64,000 nt of DNA, from positions 1 to 64,000 of the forward strand of contig JAYEKO010000015.1 in NCBI GenBank assembly GCA_034661055.1, read 5' to 3'. Positions 8,378-19,354 of this stretch are shown here, piece by piece. This DNA is from Campylobacterota bacterium (GTDB lineage: Bacteria; Campylobacterota; Campylobacteria; Campylobacterales; Sulfurimonadaceae). Numbering within the stretch: position 1 is the stretch's first letter; every line of letters starts with the position of its first letter. A program made the position numbers and the translations under genes. The notes under the pieces were generated by a model that ran no database searches, was not told the origin of the DNA, and saw nothing but the letters and a program-made list of their open reading frames with translations.

Positions 8378-10138
8378 TTACCGTTTTAAACCAATAAGAG
8401 TTTCAAGAAGTGTATCGGAAGTCGTAATAGTCTTACCATTAGCCTGATACCCTCTTTGAATAATAATTAAGTTAGTAAGTGATTTAGAGAGGTCAACATT
8501 AGATGCTTCTAATGCTGATGACTGCATAAAACCACGTCCTGCAGTCGCTGCAGAACCAACAATAGGAGAACCTGAGTTAGCTGACTGCAAGTAAACATTA
8601 CTTCCATCACCCACCAAGCCTTCATTATTAGCAAATTTAGCCATAGAGATTTGCGCAAGGCCAAATGAACGTCCATTAGAAAATGACCCAATCAATGTAC
8701 CACTTTGATCAATACGAATTCCAAGAAGGTCACCACCTGGGTAACCGTCTTGTGAAATACCACTTGTAGCAGACGTAGAATCAAAGCTTGTTACTCCGTC
8801 AAACCCACCAATAGAACCAAAGTCCAGATTAATATTTTGATTTTTAGATGAACCGTTATTAGCTGTAAAGTCAAGATTTGGTGGGTTGTAACCTGACATC
8901 GCACCGTTTTCATCAAATTGAACAGTACCGCCCCAGATTCTATTTTCATATGGTGTCAAATTCGTATTTAAATCTCCTGGCTTTGGAACTTCAGCAGACC
9001 AAACCCATGTTGTCCCTGCTGCACCAGACTGTTTTCTAAAATCCATCTTAACCGTATGCTTACTTCCTAAAGAATCAAAAACATCAATACTGCTTGAATG
9101 AGTTGCTGCATTGACTGCTTGTGAATTTTTAGTAGCACCCATTTGAATACTACCAATAAATGTTGAAAAATTTGCAGCAAATCTCTCATTTGGATTTGCT
9201 GCAATATCTTGTACATTTATATTTAAAGCACCTGCTCCTCCTGTGTTGTCAATTTGAAATTTTCCCTCAGCAGTGACAGTAACCACTGCTCCTGCGTCAC
9301 CATTTGGATCATTCTGAATATATTCTTGTAGCTCTTCCCTTAAACCATTAACGGTTTGAAACGTCCCGTCATTATTGAGTCCATCACCATTGGGATCATA
9401 GATAAAACTTGTCCAAACAACAGGACTAGCAGTTGGGTCAAGTGTCATTTGCAAACCTTGACCAGCAACTAGGTTAAATGCTTCACCACTTGCATTAAAT
9501 AGGTACCCCATATCCTCAGCATAAGCATCAACATCTGCAGTCGTACCAGTACTATCTAATGAAAAAGTAGGATTATACTGTACTACAGTGCTACCAGAAT
9601 TTAAGTTAGCTTTTAGTGTAATCTCTGACGATGCATTTGCTGGTGTTGTTAACCCAGCTGGTACCTGTACATTTCCAATTGGTGCCGTTGAATCCACAAC
9701 ACCTGTATCTTCATCTCGCATCCACCCTTGAACAATAAATCCATTATTATCGACAAAGTTCCCCGATGCATCAAATTTAAAATCCCCTGAACGCGTGTAC
9801 TTGTAAGTACTGCCTCCATCTCCACTGACTACAAAATATCCATCGCCCTGAATGGCAACATCTGTATTTTTATCAGTATTTTGAATGGAACCTTGAGAGT
9901 GAATTCTTGTCACTGAACTTGCACTTGTACCCAGTCCCACTTGCATCGCATTTTTACCACCAAGCTCACCTTGAGGAGCTGTTGCAATCTGATTAGTCTG
10001 TGCTAAAAGGTCAGAAAAGTTTGCACGAGAATATTTAAAACCTACAGTATTAACGTTAGCAATATTATTTGATTCGACGTCCATTGCTATCTGGTGTGAT
10101 TGTAGACCAGAGACGCCTGAAAAAAGTGATTTTAACAT
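8378..10138 (-). CDS. flgE: flagellar hook protein
   Basis: SLFSGVSGL...SNNIANVNTVGFK; LEASNVDL...QRGYQAN. Confidence 0.95.
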   Translation of the reverse strand: MLKSLFSGVSGLQSHQIAMDVESNNIANVNTVGFKYSRANFSDLLAQTNQIATAPQGELGGKNAMQVGLGTSASSVTRIHSQGSIQNTDKNTDVAIQGDGYFVVSGDGGSTYKYTRSGDFKFDASGNFVDNNGFIVQGWMRDEDTGVVDSTAPIGNVQVPAGLTTPANASSEITLKANLNSGSTVVQYNPTFSLDSTGTTADVDAYAEDMGYLFNASGEAFNLVAGQGLQMTLDPTASPVVWTSFIYDPNGDGLNNDGTFQTVNGLREELQEYIQNDPNGDAGAVVTVTAEGKFQIDNTGGAGALNINVQDIAANPNERFAANFSTFIGSIQMGATKNSQAVNAATHSSSIDVFDSLGSKHTVKMDFRKQSGAAGTTWVWSAEVPKPGDLNTNLTPYENRIWGGTVQFDENGAMSGYNPPNLDFTANNGSSKNQNINLDFGSIGGFDGVTSFDSTSATSGISQDGYPGGDLLGIRIDQSGTLIGSFSNGRSFGLAQISMAKFANNEGLVGDGSNVYLQSANSGSPIVGSAATAGRGFMQSSALEASNVDLSKSLTNLIIIQRGYQANGKTITTSDTLLETLIGLKR

Positions 10139-10171
10139 CTTAAATCCTTTCGATTATATAATACATATAAT

Positions 10172-10190
10172 AAAGCAAAATGTATTCCAA
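10172..10190 (-). promoter_or_regulatory. sigma54 (-24/-12) promoter of flgE
   Basis: TTGGAATACATTTTGCTTT: GG-N10-GC. Confidence 0.75.
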
Positions 10191-10192
10191 CA

Positions 10193-11449
10193 TTATGCAT
10201 CCATCTCTAAAGCTTTTTTTATAAGTTCATCACCAGTAGTAATACTTTTAGAATTGGCATCAAGTGAACGCTGCATAATAATAAGCTCTGTTAATCCTTG
10301 TTCAAACTGCATATTTGAATTTTCTAAAGAAAAACTTTTTAAATCAGCTCCTAAAATAGACTCGCCATTCTCATTAGTATAAAATATAGGCTCACCACTA
10401 TTAGAGCTCTCTTTAAAATGTGTTCCACTAATACGCTCTAGTCCTTGATCGTTTTGAAAGTGAAAGATTGCTACTCTTGCAACGGAACTTGAAACTCCAT
10501 TATCAAAACTAGCAATAACTTCACCATGAATATTAACATCATAACCAATTAGCTCACCTGCAGTACGCCCATCATGTGATGACCCATAACTTACTTCAAG
10601 ATTATCAATTGCTGTTACACCGGCAAAATCTTCACCTAAATCAACAGTTAAAGAGACTCCTTCATTATCTAATGGTGCAATAGTGTAACTCTCTAAGGCA
10701 CCATTGGAGTTAAAAACAGCAACACCTTCTTGAGTATCAAATACTGTATTATCTACTTTTGAACTCAGTGTTGCTAGAATATCCCAAGAACTTCCTACTT
10801 CAGGCTGTATGGCACTCTTGGTATAGTCCAAGGTTAAAAAACTATCATCCCCATCGGGTGCAATAACAGTACTGTTTTGGCGAATTAACGCTTCATCTGA
10901 ACGTAAATTACCCCAAAAATTGGCAGTAGTAGTTGGCTCTGCATCTATGGTTAAATTAACAGGTAAAGTGATTTTATCTTGTGCTGAAGCCGCTGCTAAA
11001 GGTGTCGTACTTACAATATCTGTCATGGTATCACCACTGAGATTATTACCCATAGTACCAAGAAGATACATGCCGTCATAACTTACAAGGTTTCTATCAG
11101 AATCAAAAGTAAATGCTCCAGCACGTGTAAACATATCTCCAAAATTTGATGTCACTCCAAACCATCCATCGCCCCCAATAGAAAGGTCTGTCGCACTGTC
11201 AGTACTTAAAAAACTGCCATAAGACTCATCCATTGTTGTTGTTTGAACACGTACACCAGTACCAATTCCATCATTAGTTGGTCCACCATTTAGTGCAGCA
11301 CCCAATGCGTTGTCATAAAAAGATGCAAACTCTGCATTGCTACTTCTAAAACCTGTTGTATTAATATTTGAAATGTTATTTGAGATAACATCAAGACCAA
11401 ACTGATAACTCTGCATCCCGGTTAAGCCTGTATAAAATGCCTGATTCAT
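10193..11449 (-). CDS. second flagellar hook / hook-basal body protein (FlgE paralog)
   Basis: YTGLTG...SNNISNINTTGF; TRAGAF; LENSN...QRSLDAN. Confidence 0.88.
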   Translation of the reverse strand: MNQAFYTGLTGMQSYQFGLDVISNNISNINTTGFRSSNAEFASFYDNALGAALNGGPTNDGIGTGVRVQTTTMDESYGSFLSTDSATDLSIGGDGWFGVTSNFGDMFTRAGAFTFDSDRNLVSYDGMYLLGTMGNNLSGDTMTDIVSTTPLAAASAQDKITLPVNLTIDAEPTTTANFWGNLRSDEALIRQNSTVIAPDGDDSFLTLDYTKSAIQPEVGSSWDILATLSSKVDNTVFDTQEGVAVFNSNGALESYTIAPLDNEGVSLTVDLGEDFAGVTAIDNLEVSYGSSHDGRTAGELIGYDVNIHGEVIASFDNGVSSSVARVAIFHFQNDQGLERISGTHFKESSNSGEPIFYTNENGESILGADLKSFSLENSNMQFEQGLTELIIMQRSLDANSKSITTGDELIKKALEMDA

Positions 11450-11452
11450 AAT

Positions 11453-12112
11453 TTAACCTTCGTAAATCTCTTTAATAGAGTCAAAAGAGATATACCCAGA
11501 ACCAACTTTTGCAAGTGCTTCTCCATTCTCAAAGCGAACTGATTCTATTGGGTAGGTCCCTACACGACTCTCGTATGTTGCGCCACTGGCATCATTGTAA
11601 CTTGCCGTTACATAATACATACCGTCATCTACTTTGCTGCCATTAACAATACCATCCCATGCAAAATTTTGAACACCTTTATCTGATGTTTCTAAAGCTA
11701 TAGTATCTACTGTATTTCCATTAGAATCTAAAATATTAATACTACCACTAGCTACATCATGAGGAAAATACATCTCAAACTCGGCACTGCTTCCATCTTC
11801 AAATACAATAGCATTACTGCCTGTATCTGCTATTTTTCCAATTGCTGCAATAGTATTAAATTGTGTACTTGCACCCATTGAAGCAGCTAACTGTTCCAGT
11901 GCTTTGTTTGTATTTTCTGAAGCTTCTAATGTGGCTAGTTGTGATGTTTGTGACAAAATCTTCTCACTATCCATCGGCTCAGTTGGATCTTGGTATTTCA
12001 GCTCAACAAGCAGTAGTTTTAAAAAGTCATCTTTACCTAAGATTCCATTGGGATTTGTTCCCGCTGGAGCATCTGTAAGTTGTGTATTAGTTGCTGTATT
12101 TGTTATTTCCAT
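11453..12112 (-). CDS. flgD: flagellar hook capping protein
   Basis: LGKDDFLKLLLVELKYQDPTEPMD. Confidence 0.95.
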   Translation of the reverse strand: MEITNTATNTQLTDAPAGTNPNGILGKDDFLKLLLVELKYQDPTEPMDSEKILSQTSQLATLEASENTNKALEQLAASMGASTQFNTIAAIGKIADTGSNAIVFEDGSSAEFEMYFPHDVASGSINILDSNGNTVDTIALETSDKGVQNFAWDGIVNGSKVDDGMYYVTASYNDASGATYESRVGTYPIESVRFENGEALAKVGSGYISFDSIKEIYEG

Positions 12113-12123
12113 AATATTTTCCT

Positions 12124-13800
12124 TTAGACATATCTTGGAACAATAAGTTCCATCGATGTTAATGTTTCAAAATTTTCTTTATTTTGTAAGTTAGCATATT
12201 TCTCATACATATCCATCATGTTCTGTTGATGCTGACTTTGTCGCTGCTGCTCTCCACCACTAGTATTAAACTGCATGGTAGCATTTGACAATCCATTGTT
12301 AGCCAATTGTGTTTTGAGTTCTACTGAGTTTTGCGCCAAGATGGCAACTGCACTATTATTAGAGCTAATATTAATGTGAACATTATTTCCACGCTGAATC
12401 ATAGTCACATCAACCTCACCAAGCTTAATAGGGTTTAGTTGTAATTTAATTCTTGTAAAAGGAGGCTTATAGCTCTCAACAGCATCTTTTAGATCAACTG
12501 CCAGCCTAGAGACCATCTGCTTAGCCTCTTTTACTTTTAGGTCAAGCTCAAGATTTTTACTTTCAACTGTAGTGGTACTAACAGCCTTAGTATCACTCTT
12601 AATATCACTTTTTTGCTCTTGTGAAGACTCTTCACCATGAAGAAGAGAACTAAGTTTTAATGGATTTTTATCATCACTATCATTAGCACTTGTTTTGAGT
12701 ATTGGTCCTACCTCTTCAGCCATATCTACTACATTTTGAATCGTCGTAGAAGCTACCGTTTTTGTAATGTTTTTTACTGGTTGAAGCACCTCTTTTGAAG
12801 GCTCTTTCAATAGGCTATTTGTAGCAACTTGCTTCTCTTTTGAAGGCTCTTTCAATAGGCTATTTGTAGCAACTTGCTTCTCTTTTGAAGGCTCTTTCAA
12901 TAGGCTATTTGTAGCAACTTGCTTCTCTTTTGAAGACTCTTTTAATAGATCAATTGTAGTAATTTGTTTCTCTCTCTTGTGTACCTCTTTTTTATCAATA
13001 ACAGGTACATGGAGCAGTGCTTTTAAAGGCTCATTTTTCCCTATATCTTGACTCTCTTTTGCTGCAGTTGTTGTAATAGAACTTGGAATCTGCTCTTTTC
13101 TTAAGCGAACAAACTCCTGTGTAGAGTGCTCTACCGGTTTACTCTGCATTTGAAGAATAGAAGTCTGCTTTTGAGTAGTATCTAGCGTTGTTCCTTTTAC
13201 CTGAATTGTCTCAAGAGTTACTTTGTCTAGCTGTACACCAATTTTCTCAGCAACCAAAGAGAGGCTTTTTAAAGTTTTTGGCAACGTCTCAATGTCAATC
13301 TCAATCCCTTTGGATTTTGCCAGCTCACTAATCTGCCCTTTTAAATAGTTTTTTGCATTAGAAATAATTTCTTTTAAATCAGGAAGAGGAAATGTCTCCA
13401 AGAGTTTTGGGTTTATTACCTGTAAGTCATCTTGCGGGAACATGTCCTTGCTTTTGATCTCGCCACCCTGTAGTAACTTCAAGATGCTCTGCTGCACAGA
13501 AGTCTCATCATCAAAATTCTCATTAAGTGATGCCATTAACTCATTAATATCACTACTTTTTAGATTTTTTAGGTCAACTCCAGGTGTTTTTATGGAGACC
13601 ATCTCTTCTAAATTGTCATTGTTTAATAGGAGGCTTGAAAATTTGGAACTACCTTTTTGCGTCTGCAACATGTCAGGATCTAATCCTAACTGCTCTAACA
13701 TCTGCGCAAATGAAGCCCCTTTATCTAAATTTTTTGATCCGCCTAGTAGCTGCATCAACGAGAAACCAACGGCTTCATTTTTATTATTTTGCAAAATCAC
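12124..13800 (-). CDS. fliK: flagellar hook-length control protein
   Basis: C-terminal IKLQLNPIKLGEVDV domain; upstream of flgD; GTG start with AGGAG. Confidence 0.88.
   Translation of the reverse strand: MILQNNKNEAVGFSLMQLLGGSKNLDKGASFAQMLEQLGLDPDMLQTQKGSSKFSSLLLNNDNLEEMVSIKTPGVDLKNLKSSDINELMASLNENFDDETSVQQSILKLLQGGEIKSKDMFPQDDLQVINPKLLETFPLPDLKEIISNAKNYLKGQISELAKSKGIEIDIETLPKTLKSLSLVAEKIGVQLDKVTLETIQVKGTTLDTTQKQTSILQMQSKPVEHSTQEFVRLRKEQIPSSITTTAAKESQDIGKNEPLKALLHVPVIDKKEVHKREKQITTIDLLKESSKEKQVATNSLLKEPSKEKQVATNSLLKEPSKEKQVATNSLLKEPSKEVLQPVKNITKTVASTTIQNVVDMAEEVGPILKTSANDSDDKNPLKLSSLLHGEESSQEQKSDIKSDTKAVSTTTVESKNLELDLKVKEAKQMVSRLAVDLKDAVESYKPPFTRIKLQLNPIKLGEVDVTMIQRGNNVHINISSNNSAVAILAQNSVELKTQLANNGLSNATMQFNTSGGEQQRQSQHQQNMMDMYEKYANLQNKENFETLTSMELIVPRYV
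12790..12948. repeat. 45-bp in-frame tandem repeat (3 exact copies plus partial) within fliK
   Basis: Unit CTCTTTTGAAGGCTCTTTCAATAGGCTATTTGTAGCAACTTGCTT = KEPSKEKQVATNSLL. Confidence 0.95.
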
Positions 13801-13833
13801 AACTACTCCTTTCTATATATAAGTATAAAGTAG

Positions 13834-13852
13834 AAAGCAAATGCTATTCCAT
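13834..13852 (-). promoter_or_regulatory. sigma54 promoter of fliK-flgD operon
   Basis: ATGGAATAGCATTTGCTTT: GG-N10-GC. Confidence 0.75.
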
Positions 13853-14000
13853 AATAAAACTCAGATAAATAAAAGTATAAATATCAGACTACTTTAACTA
13901 AATTTACATGTATATTTAATTTATAACCTTTTTGTAACTTTAATTTCGATAAAATTCCAAAAATTATTTCTCTCAAAAGTAGAGAGACAGAGGAATTCCC

Positions 14001-15809
14001 TTGCAAAAAATTAGAAATATCGCCGTTATCGCACACGTTGACCACGGTAAAACAACATTAGTTGACGGTCTATTACAGCAGTCTGGAACATTTGGTTCAC
14101 ATGAACATCACGATGAACGTGCCATGGACAGTAATGATTTAGAAAAAGAGCGTGGAATTACGATTCTTTCTAAAAACACTGCTATCCGTTATAAAAATCA
14201 TAAAATTAACATTATTGACACTCCTGGTCACGCCGATTTTGGTGGTGAAGTTGAACGTGTTTTAAAAATGGTTGATGGTGTTTTACTTTTAGTTGACGCA
14301 TATGAAGGTGTTATGCCGCAGACTAAGTTTGTTGTAAAGAAGATGCTAGCACTTGGAAAAATGCCAATTGTTGTTATTAATAAAATAGACAAACCATCTG
14401 CTGATCCAGATCGCGTTGTAGATGAAGTTTTTGACCTGTTTGCGCAGATGGATGCAACTGATGAGCAGCAAGATTTTCCTGTTGTTTATGCTGCAGCTCG
14501 TGATGGTATTGCAAAACTCGATATGGACGAAGAAGATGGCAACTTTGAGTGTCTTTTTGAGACTATATTAGAAAAAATCCCTGAGCCAGAGGGAGATAAA
14601 GACAACTCAGTACAAGCTCAAGTATTCACACTTGACTATGATAACTATGTTGGTAAAATCGGTATCTCTCGAATCTTTAACGGCACTCTAAACAAAGGTG
14701 ACCAAATCATGCTTGCTAAAGCTGATGGCGAATTTGTAAAGGGTAAAATCTCAAAACTAATTGGCTTTTTAGGACTTAACCGTATGGAAATTGACCAAGC
14801 TGAAGCTGGTGATATTGTTGCTATTGCTGGAATGGAGACCGTTGATGTGGGTGATTCTGTTGTAGATCCAAATAATCCAATGCCACTTGATCCTATGCAT
14901 ATTGAAGAGCCGACACTAACAGTTGTGTTTTCTGTAAATGACTCTCCACTTGCTGGAACAGAAGGCAAGCATGTTACTTCCAATAAACTAAAAGATAGAC
15001 TAGAACAAGAGATGCAAACCAATGTTGCTATGAGTCTTGAAGTAGTTGGTGAGGGTAAATTTAAGGTTTCAGGTCGTGGTGAACTACAGATTACTGTCCT
15101 TGCTGAAAATATGCGTCGTGAAGATTTTGAATTTGGAATTAGCCGTCCTGAGGTTATTGTTAAAGAGGTTGAAGGTATTAAATGTGAGCCGTTTGAACAT
15201 TTAGTTATTGATTCTCCTGAAGACTTTAGCGGTACGGTAATTGAGCGTCTTGGTAAACGTAAAGCTGAAATGAAATCAATGTTGCCTATGGGCGAAGGGT
15301 TTACTCGTATTGAATTTGAAATTCCAGCGCGTGGTCTTATCGGTTTTCGTGGACAATTTTTAACTGATACTCGTGGTGAGGGAGTTATGAATCACTCATT
15401 CTTAGAGTTCCGTCCTTACTCAGGAAGTGTTGAAAGCCGTCAATACGGTGCACTAATCTCTATGGAAGCTGGTGTTGCACTAGCGTACTCAATTTTCAAC
15501 CTTCAAGACCGTGGTGTTATGTTTATTGATCCACAAACAAAAGTATATTCAGGTATGGTTATTGGTGAGCATGCACGTTCCAATGATCTTGAAGTCAACC
15601 CTATTAAAGGAAAACAGCAGAGTAATGTTCGTTCAAGTGGAGCTGATGATGCTATTAAACTAGTACCGCCACGTGATATGAACTTAGAAAAAGCACTAGA
15701 GTGGATTGAAGAAGATGAGCTTCTTGAAGTAACTCCAAAAAGTGTTCGTGTTCGTAAGCGCTACCTTGATGCTACTGAGCGTAAACGTCACGCCAGACAA
15801 ACTAAATAA
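14001..15809 (+). CDS. typA: translational GTPase TypA/BipA
   Basis: [39 protein letters not shown] start. Confidence 0.97.
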   Translation: MQKIRNIAVIAHVDHGKTTLVDGLLQQSGTFGSHEHHDERAMDSNDLEKERGITILSKNTAIRYKNHKINIIDTPGHADFGGEVERVLKMVDGVLLLVDAYEGVMPQTKFVVKKMLALGKMPIVVINKIDKPSADPDRVVDEVFDLFAQMDATDEQQDFPVVYAAARDGIAKLDMDEEDGNFECLFETILEKIPEPEGDKDNSVQAQVFTLDYDNYVGKIGISRIFNGTLNKGDQIMLAKADGEFVKGKISKLIGFLGLNRMEIDQAEAGDIVAIAGMETVDVGDSVVDPNNPMPLDPMHIEEPTLTVVFSVNDSPLAGTEGKHVTSNKLKDRLEQEMQTNVAMSLEVVGEGKFKVSGRGELQITVLAENMRREDFEFGISRPEVIVKEVEGIKCEPFEHLVIDSPEDFSGTVIERLGKRKAEMKSMLPMGEGFTRIEFEIPARGLIGFRGQFLTDTRGEGVMNHSFLEFRPYSGSVESRQYGALISMEAGVALAYSIFNLQDRGVMFIDPQTKVYSGMVIGEHARSNDLEVNPIKGKQQSNVRSSGADDAIKLVPPRDMNLEKALEWIEEDELLEVTPKSVRVRKRYLDATERKRHARQTK

Positions 15810-15812
15810 CTC

Positions 15813-15843
15813 TACTTATCTGCCCTACTATGGGTAGGTAATC
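15813..15843 (+). terminator. probable typA terminator hairpin
   Basis: TTATCTGCCC-TACTAT-GGGTAGGTAA stem (with G-U pairs) right after stop. Confidence 0.5.
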
Positions 15844-16025
15844 TCTCCTTAGGTAATCATAAAAAAATATTGAGAAGCTAGCAGCTTCAGGCTCAAACAC
15901 TACAGCCCAAAACCACACTTTACATGCTAGGAGTTTTATATAAATGAAATCTCTTATGAGATGTTAAATTATAATTCTTCTAAGTAAACTAGGAGTAAAT
16001 GTTTTCATTTGAGTATAATGTCGCC

Positions 16026-16535
16026 ATGAGATGGCGAAATATAAAAAATAACAGACACACCGCACCAGACAAACCCGCAGTCACTATTTTATTTACAGGA
16101 TTTTGGGGTAGAGCTATGGGTTTTATAACCGACCTGTTTATGATAGGTCTTCCTATTAGCATTTTTATGATGACAGTTTTTGGTCGAGATGAGATGAAAA
16201 GTGCTACAGCGCTTGATGTACTGGAGAAAAATGAAGCAGCCATTAGCAACGCTCCGGACCCTATGGTCTCTATTTTACATGTAATTTTTACAATGAGTAT
16301 CTACGTCTATATGTGGCACAAAAATGGGCAGACTCCAGGTAAAAAAATGGCACGCTCAAAAGTTGTAGACGCTACAACACTAAAGCAAGCCTCCTATTTT
16401 CAACTTGCAGTTCGTTTTCTTGGCTATTTTCTGTCTGCCATTACCATCGTTGGTTTTTTTATTGGTCTATTACGTAAAGACAATCGGACACTCCATGACC
16501 TCATCAGCCGTACTGCGGTCATTAATACAAAGTAA
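16026..16535 (+). CDS. RDD family membrane protein
   Basis: GFWGRAMGFITD, GQTPGK, RTLHDLISRT. Confidence 0.88.
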   Translation: MRWRNIKNNRHTAPDKPAVTILFTGFWGRAMGFITDLFMIGLPISIFMMTVFGRDEMKSATALDVLEKNEAAISNAPDPMVSILHVIFTMSIYVYMWHKNGQTPGKKMARSKVVDATTLKQASYFQLAVRFLGYFLSAITIVGFFIGLLRKDNRTLHDLISRTAVINTK

Positions 16536-16538
16536 TTT

Positions 16539-17645
16539 ATGGCACCGCTATTAGCCCTTTTTTACTTTTTCTATTTTGCAATTATTGCGGTACATATTAT
16601 CTTTATGCCAAAAATTCTTTCAGAAGTTGGATATGCTCCATCAGAAATTGGGATTATATTTGCAGCAGCACCTTTAATACGCTTTATTATACCTTTTGCT
16701 TTCATTAAAGGTGTGCAGTTTAATCGTAAAATTTTCAACTATGCACTAGCTCTTCTATCATTTAGTGCCATAGCATTTTATCCCTCTTTAGAGCACTTCT
16801 ATGCACTGCTGTTTGCCAATATCGGATTAGGAATTGGTCTTAGTCTCATACTCCCTTTTGTAGAAGTTATTGCACTTACCCTTATTGGCAAAGAGCGTTA
16901 TGGAAAGGTACGACTCTACGGTTCTGTCGGTTTCATATTGGTCTCTCTTGTGCTAGTTGAGTTTTTAAGCTCCCCACAAACTGCTGTCTATTATCTTATT
17001 GCTATGAGTCTTGCTACTGCACTCTTTGGCTACATTATTGCTAAGCATGACCCATCAAAATCAAGTAGCAGTGATGAATCTAACTTAGATGACTTCAATA
17101 TCTTACAACATTGGAAACTATGGGGTGGACTTTTACTGATGCAGGTAAGCTTTGGAGCTTTTTATAACTTCTTTACTATCTATGAGACAGAGCGTGGTAT
17201 TTCTCTTGATATGACCATCTACTTATGGAGTTTTGGAGTTATTGTAGAGATTGTTATGCTCTATTTTCAAGGACCTCTTCTTAAGAGAAACCTTTTACAT
17301 GTATTACAATTTACTACGGCATTTACAGCATTTAGATGGTTTATTCTTTTTATGTTTCCTACCGATTTAACACTCCTGTTTGCATCCCAAGCCATTCATG
17401 CACTCTCTTTTGCACTGTTTCACTCTGCAGCCATCAGTTATCTTTTTACTCTTTACCCACAAAAAAAGCTAGCACAACAGTTTTTCTTTGGAATCTCTTA
17501 CGGTCTAGGAGGGTTTGTTGGAGCAATTGGAGCAGGATATATTTATGAACTTTGGCCATCACAGCTCTTTTTAGTCGCTGCGGTAATAGCCTTTTTCTCG
17601 TATGCACTGCTCAAAGGTGCATCACAAGAGATTAATAGTCAATAA
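16539..17645 (+). CDS. MFS transporter (MFS_1-like/HcaT type)
   Basis: About 12 TM; YGKVRLYGSVGF. Confidence 0.88.
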   Translation: MAPLLALFYFFYFAIIAVHIIFMPKILSEVGYAPSEIGIIFAAAPLIRFIIPFAFIKGVQFNRKIFNYALALLSFSAIAFYPSLEHFYALLFANIGLGIGLSLILPFVEVIALTLIGKERYGKVRLYGSVGFILVSLVLVEFLSSPQTAVYYLIAMSLATALFGYIIAKHDPSKSSSSDESNLDDFNILQHWKLWGGLLLMQVSFGAFYNFFTIYETERGISLDMTIYLWSFGVIVEIVMLYFQGPLLKRNLLHVLQFTTAFTAFRWFILFMFPTDLTLLFASQAIHALSFALFHSAAISYLFTLYPQKKLAQQFFFGISYGLGGFVGAIGAGYIYELWPSQLFLVAAVIAFFSYALLKGASQEINSQ

Positions 17646-18342
17646 TTAACGATGCCAAGAGTGTTCTATCGGTTGAAACCTTATCGTCTGCTGGAACATT
17701 AGCATAATTGATTGCATAGCTGATGCCCATTGAGAACATATCACTAATCTTGCTTTCAAATGCTGTCTTTGAATCAACAAAATATTTATCCATATCTTCA
17801 AGGTCTCCACGGTATTTTAGATCCTGTTTAAACTTTAAGTTCTCTAATATCTGCCACTCATAGTTTAAACCGGTACCAATAGCAAAATAGTCATCACTGC
17901 CTGAAACATTTTCAATTTCATCTATTGAATACAGGATATTTCCTTGAACAGAGAGTTTGTGCTGTGCCGTCTCTATCCACTTGTATCCGACTCCTGGACC
18001 GGTATAGAACTGCGAATCAAAACCTGAAAACTTATCACTTTTATATCCAGTCAAGTAGTTAAAAGAGAGCTTCTCTGAAAGCATGTAGTCATAATTAATC
18101 TCAATTAACCATCTATTTTTAGTTGAGTCACCATCTTCTGACCCATAATAGGCATTTGACTCTGCTCTCCACTCATGTTTGCCAAAATTTTTGTCTGCCT
18201 TGAACTCAAATGCAAATGAAGTGCTCTCTGTATTTCCTGCAGCATCAACTAATGAGAGCTCCGTATGTGTAGTTAATGGACGGTCATCTACTGCTAAAAG
18301 CAGTGATGCAGTTGCCATAGATATTAAAATAATTTTTTTCAC
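17632..18342 (-). CDS. outer-membrane beta-barrel protein (DUF481/YdiY-like)
   Basis: Signal peptide, GNTES, amphipathic beta strands, terminal aromatic residue. Confidence 0.8.
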   Translation of the reverse strand: MKKIILISMATASLLLAVDDRPLTTHTELSLVDAAGNTESTSFAFEFKADKNFGKHEWRAESNAYYGSEDGDSTKNRWLIEINYDYMLSEKLSFNYLTGYKSDKFSGFDSQFYTGPGVGYKWIETAQHKLSVQGNILYSIDEIENVSGSDDYFAIGTGLNYEWQILENLKFKQDLKYRGDLEDMDKYFVDSKTAFESKISDMFSMGISYAINYANVPADDKVSTDRTLLASLIIDY

Positions 18343-18360
18343 TTTTTCTCCTGTGTAAGT

Positions 18361-19239
18361 TTAATTTGCTTTAGAGTGTACATCCATTTGAGGATATGGA
18401 ATAGAGATGCCGCGTTCATCAAATGTCAGTTTTACTTGCTCCATTAAATCAAAATAGACATCCCAATAATCATCACTTTTTACCCATGAACGAGTAATAA
18501 AATTAACACTACTGTCTGCCAGTTCTGAGACCGCTACAAAAGGCTCAGGATCTTTTAATATACGTGGGTCTTGGGTAATAATTTCCATAAGAACTGACTT
18601 AGCAAGGCGCAAGTCATCATCATAACCAATACCAAAAGTTAGATCTACACGACGATTCTCTTTAGTAGAATAATTAGTTATGTTACCCCCAATAATTGCA
18701 GCGTTAGGAACAATGACAAGACGGTTATCCAATGGACTGATTGTAGTTGAGAACATATTGATCTCATCTACAGTTCCTGTTGCTCCACCTGCTTCAATAA
18801 AGTCACCTATCTTAAAAGGTCTAAAGATAATAATAAGCACTGCGGCACCAATATTTGAAAGAGTTCCTTGAAGGGCAAGGCCAATAGCTAAACCAGCCGC
18901 ACCTAAAATCGCAATAAAAGAGGTGGTCTGGACACCTAGTTCACTAAGCGCTGCTAAAATAACCACTATCATCAACAGCATATTGACAGTACTTGAGACA
19001 AAAGAGGTCAATGTTGCATCAACCTCAGCTTTTTCCATTAAGCGAGTTATCACTCTGCTAATTGATTTTACAACCATCTTTCCAATAATAAAAATTGCGA
19101 TTGCTGCTAAAATTTTAATTCCGTACTCTGTTGCAATATTAATTGCTATTTCGCTGTATTTTCCAAGATTTTGGCTAGCTTCAATGACCTCATCAACTTT
19201 TAGTGCATGAGAAACAACTTCTGTTACGTTAGAATCCAT
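18361..19239 (-). CDS. mscS: small-conductance mechanosensitive channel
   Basis: GAAGLAIGLALQGTLSN, RPFKIGD, IPYPQ. Confidence 0.93.
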   Translation of the reverse strand: MDSNVTEVVSHALKVDEVIEASQNLGKYSEIAINIATEYGIKILAAIAIFIIGKMVVKSISRVITRLMEKAEVDATLTSFVSSTVNMLLMIVVILAALSELGVQTTSFIAILGAAGLAIGLALQGTLSNIGAAVLIIIFRPFKIGDFIEAGGATGTVDEINMFSTTISPLDNRLVIVPNAAIIGGNITNYSTKENRRVDLTFGIGYDDDLRLAKSVLMEIITQDPRILKDPEPFVAVSELADSSVNFITRSWVKSDDYWDVYFDLMEQVKLTFDERGISIPYPQMDVHSKAN

Positions 19240-19354
19240 TATTGACCTTTATTTTTTCAGATTATATCATATTACTGTACTCATTAGGGGCATTCATCAC
19301 TACTTGTTTATTTTTTTTATCGCTATAATAACGCAATACAAACTAGAGTGAGTA

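Noticed and set aside
8378..11449. Two flgE-like genes as a novelty
   Set aside because: Two hook paralogues are already known in Campylobacterota
12790..12948. fliK repeats as a CRISPR array
   Set aside because: Contiguous in-frame units with no unique spacers
15845..16020. Possible sRNA between typA and the RDD gene
   Set aside because: Only short weak stems (GAAGCT..AGCTTC, TCTC..GAGA); not enough support
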